Assembly: GCA_951406725.2 (NCBI GenBank)
Contig: OX597817.1
Coordinates: forward strand, 164,362,001-164,426,000
DNA length: 64,000 nucleotides
Direction of reading: 5' to 3'
Source: Octopus vulgaris
Lineage: Eukaryota
Part shown: positions 11,910 through 24,543 of the stretch, in pieces
Layout of the letters: the number at the start of each line of letters is the position of its first letter
Position numbering within the stretch: the stretch's first letter is position 1
Translations under genes and position numbers: made by a program
The notes under the pieces: model-generated
Databases searched by the model: none
What the model was told of the DNA's origin: nothing
Seen by the model: the letters and a program-made list of their open reading frames with translations, nothing else

Positions 11910-13781
11910 CAGCGAGCTGGCAGAATCGTTAGCACGCCGGGTGAAATGCTTAACGGTATTTCGTCTGCCGCTATGTTCTGAGTTCAAATTCCGGCAAGGT
12001 CGACTTTGCCTTTCATCCTTTCAGGATCGATTAAATAAGTTCCAGTTACGCACTGGGGTCGATATAATCGACTTAATCCGTTTGTCTGTCCTTGTTTGTC
12101 GCCTCTGTGTTTAGCCCCTTGTGGGTAGTAAAGAAATAGGTATTTCATCTGCCGCTACGTTCTGAGTTCAAATTCCAGCAAGGTCGACTTTGCCTTTCAT
12201 CCTTTCGGGGTCGATTAAATAAGTACCAGTTACGCACTGGGGTCGATGTAATCGACTTAATCTGTTTGTCCTTGTTTGTCGCCTCTGTGTTTAGCCCCTT
12301 GTGGGTAGTAATGAAATAGGTATTTCATCTGCCGCTACGTTCTGAGTTCAAATTCCAGCAAGGTCGACTTTGCCTTTCATCCTTTCGGGGTCGATTAAAT
12401 AAGTACCAGTTACGCACGGGGGTCGATGTAATCGACTTAATCCGTTTGTCTGTCCTTGTTTGTCGCCTCTGTGTTTAGCCCCTTGTGGGTAGTAAAGAAA
12501 TAGGTATTTCATCTGCCGCTACGTTCTGAGTTCAAATTCCAGCAAGGTCGACTTTGCCTTTCATCCTTTCGGGGGGTCGATTAAATAAGTTCCAGTTACG
12601 CACTGGGGTCGATGTAATCGACTTAATCTGTTTGTCTGTCCTTGTTTGTCGCCTCTGTGTTTAGCCCCTTGTGGGTAGTAATGAAATAGGTATTTCATCT
12701 GCCGCTACGTTCTGAGTTCAAATTCCAGCAAGGTCGACTTTGCCTTTCATCCTTTCGGGGTCGATTAAATAAGTACCAGTTACGCATTGGGGTCGATGTA
12801 ATCGACTTAATCTGTTTGTCTGTCCTTGTTTGTCGCCTCTGTGTTTAGCCCCTTGTGGGTAGTAAAGAAATAGGTATTTCATCTGCCGCTACGTTCTGAG
12901 TTCAAATTCCAGCAAGGTCGACTTTGCCTTTCATCCTTTCGGGGGTCGATTAAATAAGTACCAGTTACGCACTGGGGTCGATGTAATCGACTTAATCCGT
13001 TTGTCGCCTCTGTGTTTAGCCCCTTGTGGGTAGTAAAGAAATAGGTATTTCATCTGCCGCTACGTTCTGAGTTCAAATTCCAGCAAGGTCGACTTTGCCT
13101 TTCATCCTTTCGGGGTCGATTAAATAAGTACCAGTTACGCACGGGGGTCGATGTAATCGACTTAATCCGTTTGTCTGTCCTTGTTTGTCGCCTCTGTGTT
13201 TAGCCCCTTGTGGGTAGTAAAGAAATAGGTATTTCATCTGCCGCTACGTTCTGAGTTCAAATTCCAGCAAGGTCGACTTTGCCTTTCATCCTTTCGGGGG
13301 GTCGATTAAATAAGTACCAGTTACGCACTGGGGTCGATGTAATCGACTTAATCTGTTTGTCTGTCCTTGTTTGTCGCCTCTGTGTTTAGCCCCTTGTGGG
13401 TAGTAAAGAAATAGGTATTTCATCTGCCGCTACGTTCTGAGTTCAAATTCCAGCAAGGTCGACTTTGCCTTTCATCCTTTCGGGATCGATTAAATAAGTT
13501 CCAGTTACGCACTGGGGTCGATGTAATCGACTTAATCCGTTTGTCTGTCCTTGTTTGTCCTCTCTGTGTTTAGCCCCTTGTGGGTAGTAAAGAAATAGGT
13601 ATTTCATCTGCCGCTACGTTCTGAGTTCAAATTCCAGCAAGGTCAACTTTGCCTTTCCTCCTTTCGGGGGTTGATAAAACAAGTACCAGTTACGCACTGG
13701 GGTCGATGTAATCGACTTAATCTGTTTGTCTGTCCTTGTTTGTTGCCTCTGTGTTTAGCCCCTTGTGAGTAGTAAAGAAAT
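11910..13781 (+). repeat. Tandem array of 10 x ~171-186 bp units of the same SINE
   Basis: One full head (GCGAGCTGGCAGAATCGTTAGC) then units joined as AAAGAAATA|GGTATTTC. The whole array is flanked by a GGTATTTTTTAT(A/G)TTGTCAAG duplication. Confidence 0.93.
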
Positions 13782-14029
13782 AGGTATTTTTTATGTTGTC
13801 AAGTTACATCTGACTATCAGATTTAACCCCCTTTCGAATAGTTTTCATTTGTCTGTCTTCCTTTGTATTTTTTTTTTCTTTTACTCTCAACATAAGTCAT
13901 TCAGTGGTTAAATACAGAAATTCAGCATTTTGTATTGTAATTCTTCCTTCCTCTGACAATGATGCATCACTTGACAAGTGAGTTTCACCCTCAAGTTACA
14001 TGTAAGTAGTTATGATAAGGGATCTTGTA

Positions 14030-16793
14030 TACCAAAGGCTTTTTAATGACAGCACTTTCCCCAATTATCAAGAAGTTGTTACTACTTTCAAGTATTGGTC
14101 ATTGTAGAAAATGCTTGACTCCATGCTACCGACAACTACTATTTATGATTAGGATCAAAAAGATTGCTCAAACTGCAACTTTATCTCAAAGAAAAGGAGT
14201 CCTATATATTGCCTTTTTGTACATGGCTTACGCAAAAAAAAAAAAATTAGCTTTTGTCTCACACTTGTGACACATGGCATTTCTTGCTGGATGTTTTTTT
14301 CTGCTCGTGTCTACACTCCCCACATACACACAAAATCACATACACACAAAATCACTTTCGAGAATCAGCTGCTGAAAGTTTCTGTTTGGTGTCCTGTTTT
14401 GTAAGTAGTAGAATTTAAGAAGCTATCCTCATTATAAATGTTATGCTGTTGAACTAAGTCCAATGTTATGACTTGTGGTACTGCTTTTCCAAATGTTGTG
14501 TTCTATTTTCATGTAGTCTAAACCTTATATGTGTTGCTAATATTCAAGACATAAGAAGGCAGCAAGCTTGCAGAATTGTTAGCATGCCAGGCAAAATACT
14601 TAGTGGCATTTCGTCCATCTTTATGTTCCAAATTCAAATTCTTCTGAGGTCAACTTTACATTTCATCCTTTCAGGGTTAGTAAAATAAGTACTAGTCGAA
14701 CACTAAAGTGAGGGCCAATGTAATTGTCTTGCCTTCCATCTCTGAAATTGCTGGCCTTGTGCCAAAATTTGAAACCAATATTCCAGAAATTATTAGCATT
14801 TGTTATCAAAATGCTTAGCAGCCTTTGTCCTTTATTATTATTTTTTTTTACATTCTTGGGTCAACTTTGCATTTCTTCCTTTTGTGGTTGATAAAATAAG
14901 TTAATAAAATAAGTTATGGTGGGGGTCAATGTAACTAACTTTCCTCTCCCTCCAGAAAATGCTGGCTCTATGCTAAAATTTGAAACTATTATTGTATGTG
15001 ATAACTCTACTGAAAATCATAAAAAAATTTGAAGACATTTCTGTCTTGTGTAAAATATCTTGACCTTTTCCAATAAAAAAGTGTATTTCTGATAAATCAA
15101 ATGTCAGTTTCCTTGGTTGTTAGATTAAAGGCTAAAAAAATATCAATTGATTCTTATAGGTTACTTTTTCTGAAATGCCTTAAAGTGCCTACTTCTAAAA
15201 AGGAACTTTAGAAAATAAAACACTGGGTTGCTAGTTTATTATTTCAAATGGATGATACATTCTTCTTCTGATAAAGGAAGATGTTTAATGTTATGTACCA
15301 CTTTTCCCATTCTTCAAGAAGCTATTACTATTTCAGGAAAAAGTGGAAATTGATAGGAAAAGTGCTTGTCTCCATGCTAGTAACAATTCCATTCCATTTA
15401 CAATCATGACCAAACATTGTTCTAGCTGCAACACAAAGAGGGCATGCTAGTGACTTTTTCTGCTGTGCCCTTTCCAAAAGTGAACGGTGGAAATGTTTGG
15501 GAACAGGAACACTACCAGACTGTTATTATGTGTAGCTAATAGGGATTGATTAAATGTGCTATTGACCAGATTGGTCAAACTGAAAAACAACTGTCATGAA
15601 TTGTGCACCTTATACCTAACCTGTTCTTCAACTTTAAAACCTTCTCTCCTACTGGGTGTATGTGTTTAGGTCTGTAATTATGGGATTATTTTAGAAAAGA
15701 CACGGACAACCTTTTTTTTTTTTTGAGAAGCAGGCTGCCTGAGACACAGCTCACCATCAAGTGGACTGCTTGATATCCAAGGTAATTTATCATTAAGTAT
15801 GCCATTCAGAAAGTCCCATGGGCCACAGTTTGCCTATGATGGTTTTAGAACTTACAAGGTGTGATAAATAGGTTGGAAGCCTAGCCTAGTTGAACATAAT
15901 CTATAATTTATTCTTCTCTTGTATTCTTTTATTGTGTATTGTGCTGTTGAGAAAGGAGCTGTCAAGAAGTTGAGTTCTTATGTAAATGGTAATATTATCT
16001 CCTACTGAGACATTTTACATTATTTATAAAGAATTCAATTGATATAAAGTAAAAGAATAAAATATTACACTGGAGGGTCAAACTGTCTTCATGTAGTTTC
16101 GACAATTTTTTATCAATGTAGAACAGTGTATATACTGATATTTTGTCACAAATGTGCTGACCTGCTGAAGCAGATTAGAATTTTAATCAATATCTTCATG
16201 ATCAGTTGTTTCACTCAGGTATGTGAAAATTTTTGCACAATGTAGATTTGATATCACCTGTTGAACCATTGTTAGCTGTCTCAAAGAGCTATCTTTAATT
16301 GTAACACCTGGTGCTTTCCATATCAATAGAGGAGCTCTATTCATGTTGAAGTGAGGAATTTTCTAGAACAACAAAGAATTGGGTAAAACAGCAATTTTAG
16401 CCTTACAACCATAGAGAAAATAAGCAATGTCAGAGAAACAATCACAGAATGGATATGAGTATCATTGGTTTTAAAGTTGTAGAACCTTCCAGAATTTCTT
16501 TGGGAAGATGTTCTTTTTTTTTTTTCATTTTACTTTAGAATTTGACAAGTTAGAAGAAATGAGCAATGCAGGAGAAGCAATCAAACAACAAGGAGCTCAT
16601 TGTTGTTAGCTTTTATCTCATAAAATCTTCTAGAAACTTGTTGGGAGAATGTTCTTTTAGAAGTACTTCATTTAATTCATTCTCTGCTCACAATTGCTAC
16701 TGATAATCATTTCTGTCTTTTTAGTAACTATCTTTACTTGATGTTTTTCCTACTTTTTTGGCTAGTTTTTCTTGGCCCCTAGCATTAGAAGAT

Positions 16794-16828
<35 letters not shown>

Positions 16829-16950
16829 TGATCCTTTAGTAGAGAAAGCTGAATTATTGTAAGTTTACTTATGTTTAAAAAAAGTACTGGAGTAGTAGAC
16901 ACTATTTTGTTCTGTGAATTGCCACTATGCCCAACGTCTGGTAAAATAAT
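14030..16950 (+). mobile_element. Highly decayed Gypsy/Ty3 LTR-retrotransposon pol relics (at least two copies)
   Basis: RT-like remnants at ~15060-15290, RNase H-like remnants duplicated at ~14050-14240 and ~15290-15490, and integrase-like remnants at ~16200-16700 and KSDPLVEKAEL at 16824. Many stops and frameshifts. Confidence 0.65.
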
Positions 16951-17810
16951 TAAGCATGCAGAACCAAACTTGACAACTGCTAATTCAGTTCCAGATTCCA
17001 GATCTCAGCAACACTCCTGGATCTTTAAGCTATTTCTCTAGAGGTAGACTCTTTGAGTAGCAGAGATTGTGAAAATTATTCCACTGAACTCTACCATTCT
17101 TATCACTTCTTTTGATAAGCTTTATCATTGAAAGAGAACTACTAAACAAGCCCCGAAAGACTTAATTTGTGATTTATGTTACATTGTAGAAACAAACTCC
17201 ATTTCCAAATTGGAATTATTTGGTGCTGCAAGTTTTTGCTAATTTTACAATCTCATAGTTCATTGTTTTTCGTTTTGTTTTGTTGTTTCTTTTTCTTTGA
17301 ATGAGTCTGGATGTTGTAATAGTTAGTGCATCACATGATAGGTGAGTTATCTCCATTACTTAAACCAAATATTGAGTTGCAGCGTTATTTGTTCAATAAA
17401 GTATGTGGTATACTAATCTCTTATTTTGTCATATGACATTGTATTCAACAGTTATCCAACAAATTTTATATTTTTTAAACTTAATTTGGGATATAAAGGG
17501 TATTTACTGCTAGACAGAATTTAACATAAAACCATTGACATTCAAGGGTTCTAAGTCATCTAAAATCATTTCTTTGCTTTTTTACCAAAACAAACTCTAA
17601 ATGGCGTATTATGTATTTAAGAGAACAAGCATTAGTTTAGGATGAAAGTCAATTTATTGATTTGTAACGAATTTCTCGACATTGTTCTGTTATATTTCCT
17701 ATTATTCAGACAGATCTACCTTGTCACAACTGTCACCCAACTAACAGCTGTACTGCATGGTATGTATTCAGAATGATGCATATCTGAAGGCAAGTTTCTT
17801 GTTAGATATG

Positions 17811-18043
17811 TTATTTCTTTATTACCCACAAGGGGCTAAACATAGAGGGGACAAACAAGGACAGACAAAGGTATTAAGCCAATTACATCAACCCGAGTGC
17901 GTAACTGGTACTTAATTTATCGACCCCGAAAGGATGAAAGGCAAAGTCGACCTCAGCGGAATTTGAACTCAGAACATAACAGCAGATGAAATACCGCTAA
18001 GCATTTTGCCCGGCATGCTAATGTTTCTGCCAGCTTGCTGCCT
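17811..18043 (-). mobile_element. Monomeric copy of the array-forming SINE
   Basis: Reverse complement of the array unit plus its head. Other monomers at ~25503-25731(-), ~27893-28130(+), ~32043-32280(-), ~39944-40178(+) and ~41221-41453(-). Confidence 0.9.
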
Positions 18044-18122
18044 TCTGGTGAACCAGACGTGTGTAAAAAAATTGTAATATCAACCACTACACTGATAGGA
18101 CATTGTTTAATTTATCCAGACT

Positions 18123-19053
18123 ATGCATTCTACCAAGTTACAACATAACACTCAATGCATCCAAAAGAATCAGGTAGTAGATGTTGCAAAAAACTACAAG
18201 ATTTATGCACATAGGACAGGAGATCTCCTTTATCTATTTGGTACTATTTACGAGGGGAATATGCTTTCCAGTGCAGATTTGGTGTTAAAATGGGGTGAGT
18301 TTAACTATTTAATGGGCTTGGTAATAAAACAATGGTAAGTGGTTTTTAGAATATATTGTTGTAGTCCTTCAGCTCATTGGATACCGTTGAACCTTCTAAC
18401 CCATGCCAGCATGGAAGACAGACATTAAATGATAAGGATGATGATAAGTAGTTGTATATGTTTCTATGAAAAGAGTATATGTATGTGGAATATCCAAGTG
18501 CACCAACCTGTTGATATTGTAACACTGTGGAATTATGTAATTCAGTGTAGTTGAGTGATATTGTACTTGGAGTAGTTCCAACATTTTTGTGCTTCAAGTG
18601 CTTATGATTCAGCTTATAATAATAATGATAATAAGGCTACATTTCTGCTATAACTATTTGGTTTGTTCCTTGTGTAAGAATATAGTCCTCCTATTTGGCA
18701 ATGTATGGTGGTAGAAACATTGCTTGACTGTTGTTGATGTCTGTAGATAATTGGGATTGATTAAATGTGTCATTGCACAAATTGGTTATATTGAAAAAGG
18801 CAGCTGTCATAAATTGTTCACCTGGCATCTAATGTGTTTTCCAACTTGGAAGGTTTCTGTCTTACTCTGTTTATATGTTTGAGTCTGTAATAATGTAACT
18901 GCTTTAGTACTTACAATGTGTGCGATCGGGAAAGGTTTGAGGCACAGGCTGGTTGGACATAGTCCATTTATTTATTCCTTGTACTGTTTGTCTACTCATG
19001 TTACAGTGACTGAGGAAGAGTTGATACAAGCTTTCAGAAAACTGAATCTGTAA
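18123..19053 (+). CDS. Candidate two-exon small ORF (18123-18294 + 19007-19053), ~72 aa, unknown function
   Basis: Exon 18120-18294 (TTTATCCAG / GTGAGT, phase 1) joins in frame to an exon after TTACAG at 19007, giving ...DLVLKW-VTEEELIQAFRKLNL*. No homology recognised. Confidence 0.2.
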
Positions 19054-19805
19054 CAAAGTTTTTAACTCCCAGTTCAACCATTTTACTTCGTCTCTGTTTC
19101 TCATTACCTCTGGAAAAGTTATGAATATCTCAACTTTTACTTTTTTGTTTTCCTAGAATTATATATATATATATAGTGTACATTTAGTGTATTATATTTA
19201 TAGTGTATATTTAGTGTACATATGGTGTATTTATATGAATAATATATAGTCTATTGACTAAATTTTTACACACTAGCCCACTGGTAATGGAAATTTCTAA
19301 TATTTCTTATTACCCTTTGATATTATTAATAAATATATTTATATATATCTATATATAAGTGCAGGAGTGGCTGTGTGGTAAGTAGCTTGCTAACCAACCA
19401 CATGGTTCCAGGTTCAGTCCCCACTTGCGTGGCACCTTGGACAAGTGTCTTCTGCTACAGCCTTGTGAGTGGATTTGACTGAAAGAAAACCATCACACAT
19501 ATATATATATATATGTGTGTGTATGTTTGTGTCTGTTTTCTCCATCCACCATTGTTTGAAAACTGATGTTGGTGTGTTTACATCCCTGTAACTTAGCAGT
19601 TCAGCAAAAGAGACCGATAGAATAAGTACTTGGCTTACAACAAATAAGTCCTGGGGTCAACTTTTTCGAGTAAAGGCAGTGCTCCAGCATGGCTGCAGTC
19701 AAATGACTGAAACAAATAGAGTCTAACAACCACTACATTTGTTTTTACTTGGAATGTCGAATATGTATTGTACAATACAAACAAGAAGGTGATATTCTTT
19801 CTCTT

Positions 19806-19900
19806 CAGCAGAATTAATGGGTAATATTACCCTTACAAGGCGGGGCTGTTTGTTGATGACTTTTTTCACCTTGTGAGAGTAATGTTACCCATTATTACTG
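19806..19900 (+). ncRNA. Pre-miRNA-like hairpin
   Basis: TAATGGGTAATATTACCCTTACAAGG pairs with CCTTGTGAGAGTAATGTTACCCATTA (25 of 26 positions, 2 G:U), with a 28-nt loop and CNNC (CGGC) at 19910. Confidence 0.4.
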
Positions 19901-20794
19901 GTGATATAACGGCAACACTGCGTGGCACCTTGAGCAAATGTCTTCTACTATAGCCCTGGGTTGACCAAAATCTTGTGAGTGGATTTGGTAGACGGAAACT
20001 GAAAGAAACCCGCCGGATATATGTGTGTGTGTATGTTTGTGTGTCTGCTTGTCCCCCCCAACATTGCTTGACAACCGATACTTGTGTGTTTATGTCCCTG
20101 TACCTTAGCAGTTCGGCAAAAGAGACCAATAGAATAAGTACTAGGCTTACAAACAATAAGTCCTGGGATCAATTTGCTCAACTAAAGGCGGTGCTCCAGC
20201 ATGGCCACAGTCAAATAACTGAAACAAGTAAAAGAGTATATATATATTGATAGATTTATGTGTTGTCATTACTGACGATGGTTCATGATACGATATTCAG
20301 TAGTCCACAGAAAAAAATCATCTACTATTTATATTAGAGTAGTAATGTTTAAATGTTAGGGTTTATCGGTATGTGTTCGTGTATTTGTTTATTTTGTTTC
20401 CCCATTGAGTTGCATTATTTGATGTTGGATATGTTCTGTTTAATTTGTGGTTTAATCCCATTGATTTTTATGCTCAAGTGGTCCATGAAAATATTCAGTA
20501 AGTGAAAATTGTCCACAGTAAGAAACCAGTTAAAGAACCTCTGAACTATGTCATAAACTAGAGTAAAAGTTTTGCAATTTCGTGTCCTTTGCTGTGAAAA
20601 TATTATCAGAATATCATCTAACTGCTCGTCGAATTAAAGTTACGAAAGTAGTTTGCTGACATTTGCCTGTTCTATAAATTATTCAGTTGGTAAACACTAG
20701 CATGATTTATACAAATTCTTAGTTACTGAAATTCTCTAAACATTCCACAACAGTTTTCATTATATCAAAATTTATTTTAAACATACACACTCTT

Positions 20795-21598
20795 TTTACT
20801 CTCTTTTACTTGTTTCAGTCATTTGACTGTGGCCATGCTGGAGCACCGCCTTTAGTCGAGCAAATCGACCCCATGACTTATTCTTTGTAAGCCTAGTGCT
20901 TATTCTATCGGACTCTTTTGCCGAACTGCTAAGTTACAGGGACGTAAACACACCAGCATCGGTTGTCAAGCGGTGTTGGGGGGACAAACACAGACACACA
21001 CACACACATATATACATATACATATATTTTTCTTCTTTTTCTTTTACTTGTTTCAGTCATTTGACTGCGGCCATGCTGGAGCAATGCCTTTAGTCGAGCA
21101 AATCGACCCGGGGACTTATTCTTTGTAAGCCCAGTACTTATTCTATCGGTCTCTTTTGCCGAACCGCTAAGAGATGGGGACGTAAACACACCAGCATCGG
21201 TTGTCAAGCAATGCTAGGGGGACAAACACAGACACACACACAAACATATCTATATACATATATACGACAGGCTTCTTTCAGTTTCCGTCTACCAAATCCA
21301 CTCACAAGGCATTGGTCGGCCTGGGGCTATAGCAGAAGACACTTGCCCAAGATGCCACGCAGTGGGACTGAACCCGGAACCATGTGATTGGTTAGCCAAG
21401 CTACTTACCACACTGCCACTCCTACGCCTATAGGATGAGCTTCTTTCAGTTTCCGTCTACCAAATCCACTCGCAAGTCTTTGGTTGGCCTGAGGCTATAG
21501 TAGAAGACATTTGCCCAAGGTGCCACGCAGTGGGACTGAACCCGGAACCATGTGGTTGGTAAGCAAGCTACTTACCACACAGCCACTCCTGTGCTTAT
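20795..21598 (-). mobile_element. Two nested or tandem copies of a second tRNA-derived SINE family
   Basis: Head GGCGCAGGAGTGGCTGTGTGGTAAG...GGTTCAGTCCCA and tail CAGTCAAATGACTGAAACAAG. Other copies at ~19360-19718, ~19916-20232, ~30046-30447, ~51583-52036 and ~60580-60945. Confidence 0.9.
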
Positions 21599-22128
21599 AT
21601 AGGAAGTCTATTCATCAGTAATAGGTTTAAAAAAACTAGAATTAAACAATGTCCTTGGCCATGTGGCTATTTTGCTCCTAATGACCTTATTAAACTACAA
21701 GTCTTTCTTTTTTTTGTTCTGTATTAAAATATCTTTGTTGATTTTCTCTTGTAAGCTGGTCTTCCTTGAAACTTCCCTAGACTACTAGCCTTCATTTGTT
21801 TATCAAAGACGTTATATTGTGAATATGTCAGTTTTATAAATATCAGTTATGTAACTGATAAGCTCTAAATTTTCTAAAAATTTTGATTGGCTGATATGAT
21901 TAGAGTTATCTCTTTGTTTTGTTTTTAGATTTTTAAACACCTCTAGAAGTTTTTGTTTACTCATAGCATAGATAAACTGAAGTTATTCAAAGTTTTTCAA
22001 TGCACTATATTACAGTGAGACTCAACTGTTTCTACAGGTATGTGTGTGATATACATATATGCAAAACACTCTCCTGAGGTATCGTGTTGATATTCATAAT
22101 CAGGGTCTTTGCATTCCCTATATCTATA

Positions 22129-22178
<50 letters not shown>

Positions 22179-22182
<4 letters not shown>

Positions 22183-22723
22183 GGGTTGTCCGGAAAGTTC
22201 ATGCCAATTTATAGTAGCTTACCTTTCGACTTATTTTAGAACATGGTTGAGTCCATAAAATAGGATTTGACTACACCTCCATTTAGAGCACAGTTTAAGC
22301 TATCTTTTCGTGGAAGAAGGTTTATGTTCCTATAACCTGTGTTAATTCTGTAACCCTTTAAAATGGAAGATAAGAAAGTTCATTTTCGGCACTTGATGCT
22401 TTGGGAAGCAGACAAAAATTGCTGCAGCTCAGCTGGGATGTGTTACCCCACCCTCCATATTCACCAGATATTGCTCCTTCGGATTTCCACTTATTCAAGT
22501 CTTAATGGTAAAAATTTCAATCATAAAAAGATACCTTGATGAATTCTTTGCCATGAAACCCCCTCAATTCTGGGAAGAGGGTATTTTCAAGTTAAAGGAA
22601 AGATGGAGATTCATTGTGCAACAAAATGGTTCATATTTAGTTGATTAAAAATGTAATGGCAAGTATTTATTGACCTTTTTCTTTCCTTTAAAAATCAGCA
22701 CGAACTTTCCGGACAACCCAATA
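22179..22723 (+). mobile_element. Internally deleted mariner element
   Basis: TIRs GGGTTGTCCGGAAAGTTC / GAACTTTCCGGACAACCC within TA runs. Encodes MEDKKVHFRHLMLWE and GWDVLPHPPYSPDIAPSDFHLFKS (mariner YSPDLAPSD motif). Confidence 0.92.
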
Positions 22724-22818
22724 TATATATATATATATATTCAAAATGTGACCGTGTGTGTACCATTGAGGATTTTTTTTTCTCCATCTTCCCTTCTTTG
22801 GTTCTTTCCTTTTCCTAT

Positions 22819-22853
22819 GTTTCTGACGAAGAGCTCCGCTCGAAACATTAAAC
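22819..22853 (+). ncRNA. Minimal type I hammerhead ribozyme motif in a Penelope-type terminal fragment
   Basis: GTTT-CTGACGA-A-GAGC-TCC-GCTC-GAAA-C-ATT-AAAC. Stem III carries a C:A mismatch. Lies in a repeat (~22745-22945) shared with ~50045-50245. Confidence 0.6.
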
Positions 22854-23721
22854 CCTCCTTCTTTCCTGAGCGTCCAGTAACACTATACTTGTTCCACGTC
22901 CTTGCGTTGTTGTGTTTTCTCTTTGTGTTTCATGTTTGGATTAACTATATATATATATATAGTTGCTTCGGAGACTGTTCAAATCAGCTTGCTGGCAGCT
23001 GATATGGCCAATACAGGACAGACATACAGCAATATATCTATTTTTGCTGATTGGAATATGCTTTACTGAGGGGGTTTAATAAGGTCAAAACATGTCTACT
23101 CTTTTCACTAGTTTCCTTTAAAGACAAGATTCACGCCTAATTACATAGACTATATTTTCTAAAATAATCTTTCTTTGATATTAGAATTACATCCTTTGTT
23201 TTTAGATTTTAAGCTACCCTAGAGGGAATTTTTGCCTACTTATTGTATGGATAGTTTCAGTTAGCTAAAGTTTTCTGACTTACTACATTATGTGAGACCC
23301 CACATATTTTAGTATGCCAAAGGTATGTTCTCCTTGCCCTATTGTTGAGTTGATAATTGAGTTTGTATTTTTTTTTTTTTTTTTACCACTGTACAAATAT
23401 TTAATAAGCTTACACAATTACACCTCATTAATATACAAAAATAAAATAAACCAGTGTTCCAAGAATATCTTAATTGAAGTCTCTGTAAATCTGTAATGTT
23501 TTGTTCTAAAACTGGAATGCTATTTTTTAGTTTATTTGACGTTTATTATGAATCTCTATGCTTCTAAAAACTAATTATCATTCGAGTAAAGCAGTAGAAT
23601 TTGAGGAAACTAGTGATGTCCTCATCAGCAAATAGTAATTATTTGTCACATGACTTTCTTCAATCTTTCCTTTGTTTACTGACTCTCGTGTACAGAAAAA
23701 TATTTCAAGTACCCAAATATA

Positions 23722-24543
23722 TTTCATAAGAGCACCATCCGAGCGTGATCGTTGCCAGAACGGCTAACTGGCTTCCGTGCGGTAGCATGTAAGAGGCACC
23801 ATTCAAGCGGGATCGTTACCAGCATTGCCTTACTGGCACCTGTGCCATTGGCATGTGTAAAAAGATTTGAGCGAGGTCGTTGCCAGTATCGCCTGACTGG
23901 CCCCCATGCCGGTGGCACATAAAAGCACCCACTACACTCTCAGAGTGATTGGCATTAGGAAGGGCATCCAGCTGTAGAAACTCTGCCAGATCAAGACTGG
24001 AGCCTGGTGCAGCCATCTGGTTCACTAGCCCTCAGTCAAACCGTCCAACCCATGCTAGCATGGAAAGCAGACGTTAAACGATGATGATGATGAAGTGGTG
24101 TCCTGTATTTCATATTTTATACTAAAACAATGGTAAAAGTATATCCTTAACATAGCTGTATCATATCCAACAAATGGCCCTTTTCTTGACAGCCAGTATA
24201 TTGCTTCCACATCTAGGATGCTGCTGCAATGGCAGGCATGACCCATACTCCACTGCAGAAGTGTTAAGGCCACTTCCCAACGGTGAAGAAGACTGGCCTG
24301 CAAGAATCCTGTGCTGGTGCCATGTAAAAAAAGTACTTGTGTCAGCGCCACATGAATGCGCTCGTGCAGTGCTTCATAAAAGCCCCCAGCACATTCTATA
24401 AAGTAGTTGGTATTAGGAAGGGCATCCAGCTGTGGAAACCATGCCAAGTTAAACTGGAGTCTGGTGCAGTTCTCCAGCTTACCAACTGTGGTCAAAACTG
24501 TCCAACCCATGCCAACATGGAAAACACATGTTAAAGGATGATC
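23722..24543 (+). mobile_element. RTE-tail-bearing short repeats ending in (TGA)n
   Basis: GCACCCACTACACTCTC...GGAAGGGCATCCAGCTGT...CAACCCATGC...TGATGATG. Similar copies at ~37905-38650, ~46510-46872, ~55405-55920 and ~63855-64000(-). Confidence 0.8.

Noticed and set aside
7068-13781. Regular arrays superficially like CRISPR or tRNA/5S gene arrays
   Set aside because: There are no unique spacers, the units are homologous to dispersed SINE monomers, and the context is eukaryotic.
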